Assembly (NCBI GenBank): GCA_029864235.1
Contig: JAOTTW010000001.1
Location: forward strand, 85,099-117,098
Reading direction: 5' to 3'
Length of the DNA: 32,000 bases
Source: Nitrosopumilus sp.
GTDB lineage: Archaea; Thermoproteota; Nitrososphaeria; Nitrososphaerales; Nitrosopumilaceae
Shown piece by piece: positions 28,142 through 32,000 of this stretch (within the stretch, counting starts at the first letter, position 1; each line of letters begins with the position of its first letter). The position numbers were made by a program, and so were the translations under genes. Below the pieces are notes generated by a model. The model saw nothing but the letters and a program-made list of their open reading frames with translations. It was not told where the DNA came from and did not search any database.

Positions 28142-28336
28142 TTATTCTTTTTTAATTGATTCTAAAGAATGACCACGATTCATGATCATCTGAGTAATTA
28201 CCTCAGTAGAATAATCAATTCCATGTTCATCCTCAAAATGTTTCCTCAATTGTTCAAGTAATGTAACATTTTTCTCTCCTTCCAGTACAAAGTCACACTC
28301 AAAACCATAGTCTTCACAACGTAGTTTAATGGTCAT
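28142..28336 (-). CDS. DUF1059-family small protein
   Basis: MTIKLRCEDYGFECDFVLEGEKNVTLLEQLRKHFEDEHG matches the DUF1059 pattern (C.D.G.dC.f...ge......l..H....H). Confidence 0.7.
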   Translation of the reverse strand: MTIKLRCEDYGFECDFVLEGEKNVTLLEQLRKHFEDEHGIDYSTEVITQMIMNRGHSLESIKKE

Positions 28337-28358
28337 AAGTTTACAAAAATAACAAACC

Positions 28359-28371
28359 TATAAAAATTATA
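28359..28371. promoter_or_regulatory. Near-palindromic TATA element (tataaaaattata), candidate bidirectional promoter core
   Basis: Centre is about 29 nt from the DUF1059 ATG (28336, minus) and about 24 nt from the first G of the riboswitch-like P1 stem (28389, plus). This matches archaeal TATA-to-TSS spacing in both directions. Confidence 0.45.
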
Positions 28372-28388
28372 AGCCCATTATTCACTTT

Positions 28389-28480
28389 GGTTATGACATT
28401 AGCCTTAGTGTGCTTATACCTAAACCGTGTTTAATGACACTGATAATGTCTACCGATAATGAAAAGGATGAAGGTAGACA
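28389..28480 (+). promoter_or_regulatory. Fluoride riboswitch (crcB RNA motif)-like leader with translational expression platform
   Basis: P1 GGUU/AGCC (28389-92/28401-04). Conserved AUG plus pseudoknot arm ACAUU (28393-28400). AAACC linker end. P3 GUGU/ACAC (28427-30/28437-40). UGAU-AAUGU-CUAC (28441-53), whose AAUGU is perfectly complementary to ACAUU. UGUCUACC (28447-54) can instead pair with GGUAGACA (28473-80), which abuts the crcB AUG. Confidence 0.75.
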
Positions 28481-28861
28481 ATGAAAGGTTTAGAATTTGT
28501 ATTTCTTGCAGGAGGCTCTGTTCTTGGGGCTTTTCTAAGATATAAAATCACAGAATCACAAATTTTGTTAAATACAATACCGCTAAATGTTTTAATTGTT
28601 AATGTAATTGGGGCATTTATCCTTGGAATGTTTATAATTTTATCAGAACAATGGAATCTTGATGCCAAATATTCTTTATTTGCTGCAATAGGTTTTTGTG
28701 GTTCTCTTACAACAATGTCATCATTTGCTCTAGATTCAAGTAATTTGCTAGATAATCGTCATTATATTGCATTGTCTATGAATATTTTATTAAATATTGG
28801 ACTATCAATTACTGCTCTGATTGGTGGAAAATCATTGATGAGTGCTATTGTTAATGGATGA
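28481..28861 (+). CDS. crcB: Fluoride ion channel CrcB/Fluc
   Basis: 126 aa with 4 TM helices. GGSVLGAFLRY and GFCGSLTTMSSFALD are hallmark CrcB motifs. Confidence 0.92.
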   Translation: MKGLEFVFLAGGSVLGAFLRYKITESQILLNTIPLNVLIVNVIGAFILGMFIILSEQWNLDAKYSLFAAIGFCGSLTTMSSFALDSSNLLDNRHYIALSMNILLNIGLSITALIGGKSLMSAIVNG

Positions 28862-29335
28862 TTAATTATATGGGCTATATTGTTTGTATACTTTAATTAC
28901 TGATTCATGGAACATTTTTTGTATATCTTCTTCAGTTGATACTGCAAGTTGATTCACGAGATCTGTTGCAGTGACTATTCCTATCACTTGTTCATTTTCA
29001 ATTACAGGTAATTTTCTTACTCCTCTTGTATACATTAAATCAGAAATCATCCATACTGTTTCATCTGGACTTATTGCAATTAATGGCGATGACATTATTT
29101 GCTTCACATGAGTTGAGATTTGATATGCATGAGCTGCTACTTTCACTGCAAAATCTCTGTCAGTAACAATTCCTATAGGTGTATTGTTCTCCATAACTAT
29201 AACTGAACCAACCTTAGCATCTTCCATCATCTTTGCTGCTTCATTTATTGTGACTGATACATCTACAGCAATAACCGACTTTGTCATTATATCTCTCACA
29301 GTAATTTCTTTAGCATCTTTAACCATTTTCAACAT
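28862..29335 (-). CDS. Stand-alone CBS-domain pair protein
   Basis: Two CBS repeats (VRDIMTKSVIAVD...IGIVTDRDF; IMSSPLIAISPDETVW...VIGIVTATDL). Confidence 0.85.
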   Translation of the reverse strand: MLKMVKDAKEITVRDIMTKSVIAVDVSVTINEAAKMMEDAKVGSVIVMENNTPIGIVTDRDFAVKVAAHAYQISTHVKQIMSSPLIAISPDETVWMISDLMYTRGVRKLPVIENEQVIGIVTATDLVNQLAVSTEEDIQKMFHESVIKVYKQYSPYN

Positions 29336-29442
29336 TTTTTATATTTTCCTTATATTATGGTCTTTGTATAATCTCATTATTGAAAATCAAAAACGATAAT
29401 AATAAAGAAATATCTTAAATTTGGTTAAACATTAAATCTACT

Positions 29443-29862
29443 ATGAATATAAAGAAAATTCTTGTGCCACTTGATGGGTCTAAAAACTCTATGAGAGGTT
29501 TGGATGAAGCAATCTATCTTGCAAGACAATGCCATGCAACTATTACAGGTTTGTATGTAATTCCTTTATCCAAACCAAAGACAGACTCACAAATTTCTTA
29601 TATTGAGAAATATCTTCTTGGAAATGCATCTAAATTCATGTTAAAGGCAAAAAAACGTGCAGCACAAAACGGAATTGATTTTTTTGATGATGTAACTTAT
29701 GGAGATGAGGGTGTAAAAATTATTAATTATGCAAATAGTAAAAAATTCGATATCATTGTTATTGGTTCTAGAGGGATGAGTTCAATTAAGGAAACTTTTC
29801 TTGGAAGCACATCAAATTATGTTTTGCATAAATCCAAAATACCTGTTTTAATAATAAAATAA
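29443..29862 (+). CDS. Universal stress protein (UspA family), copy A
   Basis: KKILVPLDGS ... IIVIGSRGMSSIKETFLGSTSNYVLHKSKIPVLIIK, the typical USP ATP-binding C-terminal motif G-2x-G-9x-G(S/T). Confidence 0.9.
   Translation: MNIKKILVPLDGSKNSMRGLDEAIYLARQCHATITGLYVIPLSKPKTDSQISYIEKYLLGNASKFMLKAKKRAAQNGIDFFDDVTYGDEGVKIINYANSKKFDIIVIGSRGMSSIKETFLGSTSNYVLHKSKIPVLIIK
29449..29564 (+). repeat. 116-nt block 100% identical (inverted) to 31389-31504, within the 5' coding region of USP copy A
   Basis: Verified base by base against the reverse complement of 31389-31504. A second 44-nt identical block is 29731-29774 versus 31179-31222. Confidence 0.97.
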
Positions 29863-29930
29863 ATATTTTAAAAATCTTATTTTTTCATTAAAATAGGGAT
29901 CTTTATTAGAACAAATTTTCAGATTATTGT

Positions 29931-30371
29931 ATGACATATACATTTGTAAAAGATGTAATGATTACTGATTTAGCTGCATTAGATGTTTCAACCACCATAA
30001 AAGGTGCTGCAAAGATAATGGATGACAAAAACATTGGTTGTGTAATTGTAACTAAAGATAATCTTCCTGTTGGAATTTTGACAGAAAGAGACTTTGTAAA
30101 AAGAATAGCCTCTAAAGAAATACCCTTGGCTTCATCTTTAGAAGAAGTAATGTCTTCCCCTCTGATTGAAATTGATCCAGATGAAACAGTATGGGAAGCT
30201 GCACAAATTATGAAAACAAAAAATATTCATAAATTACCTGTAAAGCAAGATAACCTAATTATTGGAATAGTAACAACCACTGATCTAGTAAAAATTTGTA
30301 GTCTAGGATCTGATTCAGAAATGAGAAGAATTTGTGATCAAATTATAACATGTATGGAACAAAATAAGTGA
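29931..30371 (+). CDS. Stand-alone CBS-domain pair protein (paralog of 28862-29335)
   Basis: VKDVMITDLAALD...VGILTERDF; VMSSPLIEIDPDETVW...IIGIVTTTDL. Confidence 0.85.
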   Translation: MTYTFVKDVMITDLAALDVSTTIKGAAKIMDDKNIGCVIVTKDNLPVGILTERDFVKRIASKEIPLASSLEEVMSSPLIEIDPDETVWEAAQIMKTKNIHKLPVKQDNLIIGIVTTTDLVKICSLGSDSEMRRICDQIITCMEQNK

Positions 30372-30614
30372 ATTCTATCATGGTATATTCCTATCAGGTA
30401 ATCAAATTTCAAACAATTTCATTTATTCAGGGTTACACATTGGTCTCAATCTATCGGAGAAAAAGGCATCCTATACAAATCCCTGGAGGAACCTTTTTCA
30501 AAACTCATTATCCAGTCCCCAAATAATTCAAAAAAACTTTTTCATGTACCCAAAGACAGAACAGTTCTAGTAGATCATAGTGTTGTACACTTTTTAGGTG
30601 AATTGGCCTAAATT

Positions 30615-31082
30615 TTATCTAACTAAAAGTACTGGGCAACTTGCATGTTCAGAAACTTTTCTACTTACACTTCCTAACGTCTTTAATTTTTCTATCCCAT
30701 ACAGACCCTGACTTCCAATTACTATCAATGAAATTTTTTTCTTTTTTGAAACATTTAATATTTCATTTGCAACATTTCCCCTACTGATACTATAACTTGC
30801 TGTAATTCCCTTTTCCTGACATTTCTTTATTGCAGATTTTAGCATTTTTTCAGAATCTGTTGTTACGGTTTTTTCCCATTTTCTTATTGCCTCTTTTTCA
30901 GATTTTGTTCTGATCATTCCAAGCATTCCCGGTGGTGAAATATAATCAACATTGATTACTGAAAACAGAAAAATTTGAGAATCTAAATTATGTGCCAGTT
31001 CCATTGCTCTTGATAATGCCTTGGCTGCATACTTTGAACCATCATATGGCACGAGAATTCTGGTTAACATTTTTGAAAACAT
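30615..31082 (-). CDS. Universal stress protein (UspA family), copy C
   Basis: RILVPYDGS ... LIVIGSQGLYGIEKLKTLGSVSRKVSEHASCPVLLVR. Confidence 0.88.
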   Translation of the reverse strand: MFSKMLTRILVPYDGSKYAAKALSRAMELAHNLDSQIFLFSVINVDYISPPGMLGMIRTKSEKEAIRKWEKTVTTDSEKMLKSAIKKCQEKGITASYSISRGNVANEILNVSKKKKISLIVIGSQGLYGIEKLKTLGSVSRKVSEHASCPVLLVR

Positions 31083-31090
31083 CTTAACAC

Positions 31091-31519
31091 CTATTTTATG
31101 ACTAATACTGGAATTTTAGATTTATGAACTATGGCCCTGGCAACACTTCCCAAAAATACTTCTTTTAACCCACTTTGACCTCTAGAACCAATAACAATGA
31201 TATCGAATTTTTTACTATTTGCCATATCATCAATTTCTCCTATTGGGCTACCAATAATTATTCTGGATTTGAAAAGAATCCCTTTTTGTGCACATTTAGT
31301 TTTTGCGTTGCTCATGAATTTGTTAGCTGATTTTGTAATGTGAATTTGATATGGCATAAATGCGTCAGTCAAATTTCTTGGAAAAATTGGAATTACATAC
31401 AAACCTGTAATAGTTGCATGGCATTGTCTTGCAAGATAGATTGCTTCATCCAAACCTCTCATAGAGTTTTTAGACCCATCAAGTGGCACAAGAATTTTCT
31501 TTATGTTTCTTCTAATCAT
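31091..31519 (-). CDS. Universal stress protein (UspA family), copy B (mosaic paralog of copy A)
   Basis: KKILVPLDGSKNSMRGLDEAIYLARQCHATITGLYVIP is identical to copy A. The middle part is diverged. C-terminal IIVIGSRGQSGLKEVFLGSVARAIVHKSKIPVLVIK. Confidence 0.9.
   Translation of the reverse strand: MIRRNIKKILVPLDGSKNSMRGLDEAIYLARQCHATITGLYVIPIFPRNLTDAFMPYQIHITKSANKFMSNAKTKCAQKGILFKSRIIIGSPIGEIDDMANSKKFDIIVIGSRGQSGLKEVFLGSVARAIVHKSKIPVLVIK
31389..31504 (-). repeat. 116-nt inverted partner of 29449-29564 within the USP copy B 5' coding region
   Basis: Perfect reverse-complement identity, verified manually. Confidence 0.97.
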
Positions 31520-31582
31520 TTATCTTTCAACCTTCATTTTTATGATTTAACACTGAATTATGATTATCAATTATAATAATTA

Positions 31583-32000
31583 TCATCCTTTAATTCCGTC
31601 ATCTTTATTTTTAAATGAATTTCGTAATAGAAAAGCTGAAATTATTATCGTCCCCAAAATTATAAAAATCAAAGTAGAGTAAATACTATCACTTATAATT
31701 TCATATGATAAACCAATTCCTGCAGTAATGAATGCTATTTCTCCTCGTGCAATCATGCCATAACCAACCCGTAATCCATGCTTCTTATCTTTAAGAAATA
31801 TTGAGGCTGGAATACCAGAACCAAAAATTTTTGATATTACTGCTATTACTAAAATTATAAAAAATATTATCCAATCAACTTCTCCAATTCTTCCAATATC
31901 CACATGTGCTCCCATAATGGCAAAAAATAATGGTGCAAACATTACCTTTAATCTCCCAACAAACTCTCTTACTTGAAGAGCAAATTTTGAGCCTGCCAAA
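31583..32000 (-). CDS. Cation/proton antiporter (CPA2, Kef/NapA-like), C-terminal part; 5' end beyond window
   Basis: The reading frame stays open to the window edge. FAPLFFAIMGAHVDI and GMIARGEIAFI are typical of the last TM helices of Na+/H+-exchanger-family transporters. Confidence 0.7.
   Translation of the reverse strand, partial: LAGSKFALQVREFVGRLKVMFAPLFFAIMGAHVDIGRIGEVDWIIFFIILVIAVISKIFGSGIPASIFLKDKKHGLRVGYGMIARGEIAFITAGIGLSYEIISDSIYSTLIFIILGTIIISAFLLRNSFKNKDDGIKG

Noticed and set aside
28450-28668. 72-aa minus-strand ORF overlapping the crcB 5' half and the riboswitch-like leader
   Set aside because: It is opposite a hallmark CrcB CDS and has no motif. The plus-strand interpretation explains the region fully.
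1-32000. CRISPR arrays, tRNA/rRNA genes, transposases, integrases, recognisable defence systems
   Set aside because: Scanning all intergenic gaps and the ORF translations gave no repeat-spacer arrays, no GC-rich cloverleaf-sized segments, and no DDE, tyrosine- or serine-recombinase or known defence-gene motifs. All gaps are under 500 bp and mostly very AT-rich.

Overview
AT-rich archaeal chromosome segment. PolD, thermosome, TFB, Orc1/Cdc6, GGGP synthase and a Nitrosopumilus-style cupredoxin-like domain together point to an ammonia-oxidising thaumarchaeon (Nitrosopumilales-like); that assignment is inference. About 38 tightly packed genes. (1) Housekeeping and replication block: SDR, AN1 zinc-finger protein, GINS-like protein, glnA, thermosome, glyA, PolD large subunit DP2, GGGP synthase. 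(2) Four small putative DNA-binding proteins, one a 53-aa AbrB-fold ORF absent from the ORF track, leading into a ~490-bp intergenic region. This region has two identical 23-bp ORB-like repeats, a TGTTAAC motif cluster and AT-rich tracts, directly upstream of orc1/cdc6 and followed by PolD small subunit DP1. It is most likely the replication origin. (3) Mixed block: membrane protein, EEP nuclease/phosphatase, secreted degenerate cupredoxin protein, corrin-type methylase, secreted cyclophilin with a Cys-containing C-terminal anchor, NDH-2, ACT-domain protein, hsp20-cdc48 pair, TFB. (4) Stress and ion block: DUF1059, a fluoride-riboswitch-like leader in front of crcB, two CBS-pair proteins, three USPs and a partial CPA2 antiporter. 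No rRNA, tRNA, CRISPR, transposase or integrase was seen. The most interesting signals are the riboswitch variant with an enlarged linker, the mosaic 100%-identical inverted blocks in two otherwise diverged USP genes (gene conversion, possibly an invertible segment), the origin-proximal motif and regulator cluster, and two secreted proteins with unusual domain states. No clear novel multi-gene system such as a defence system could be supported.
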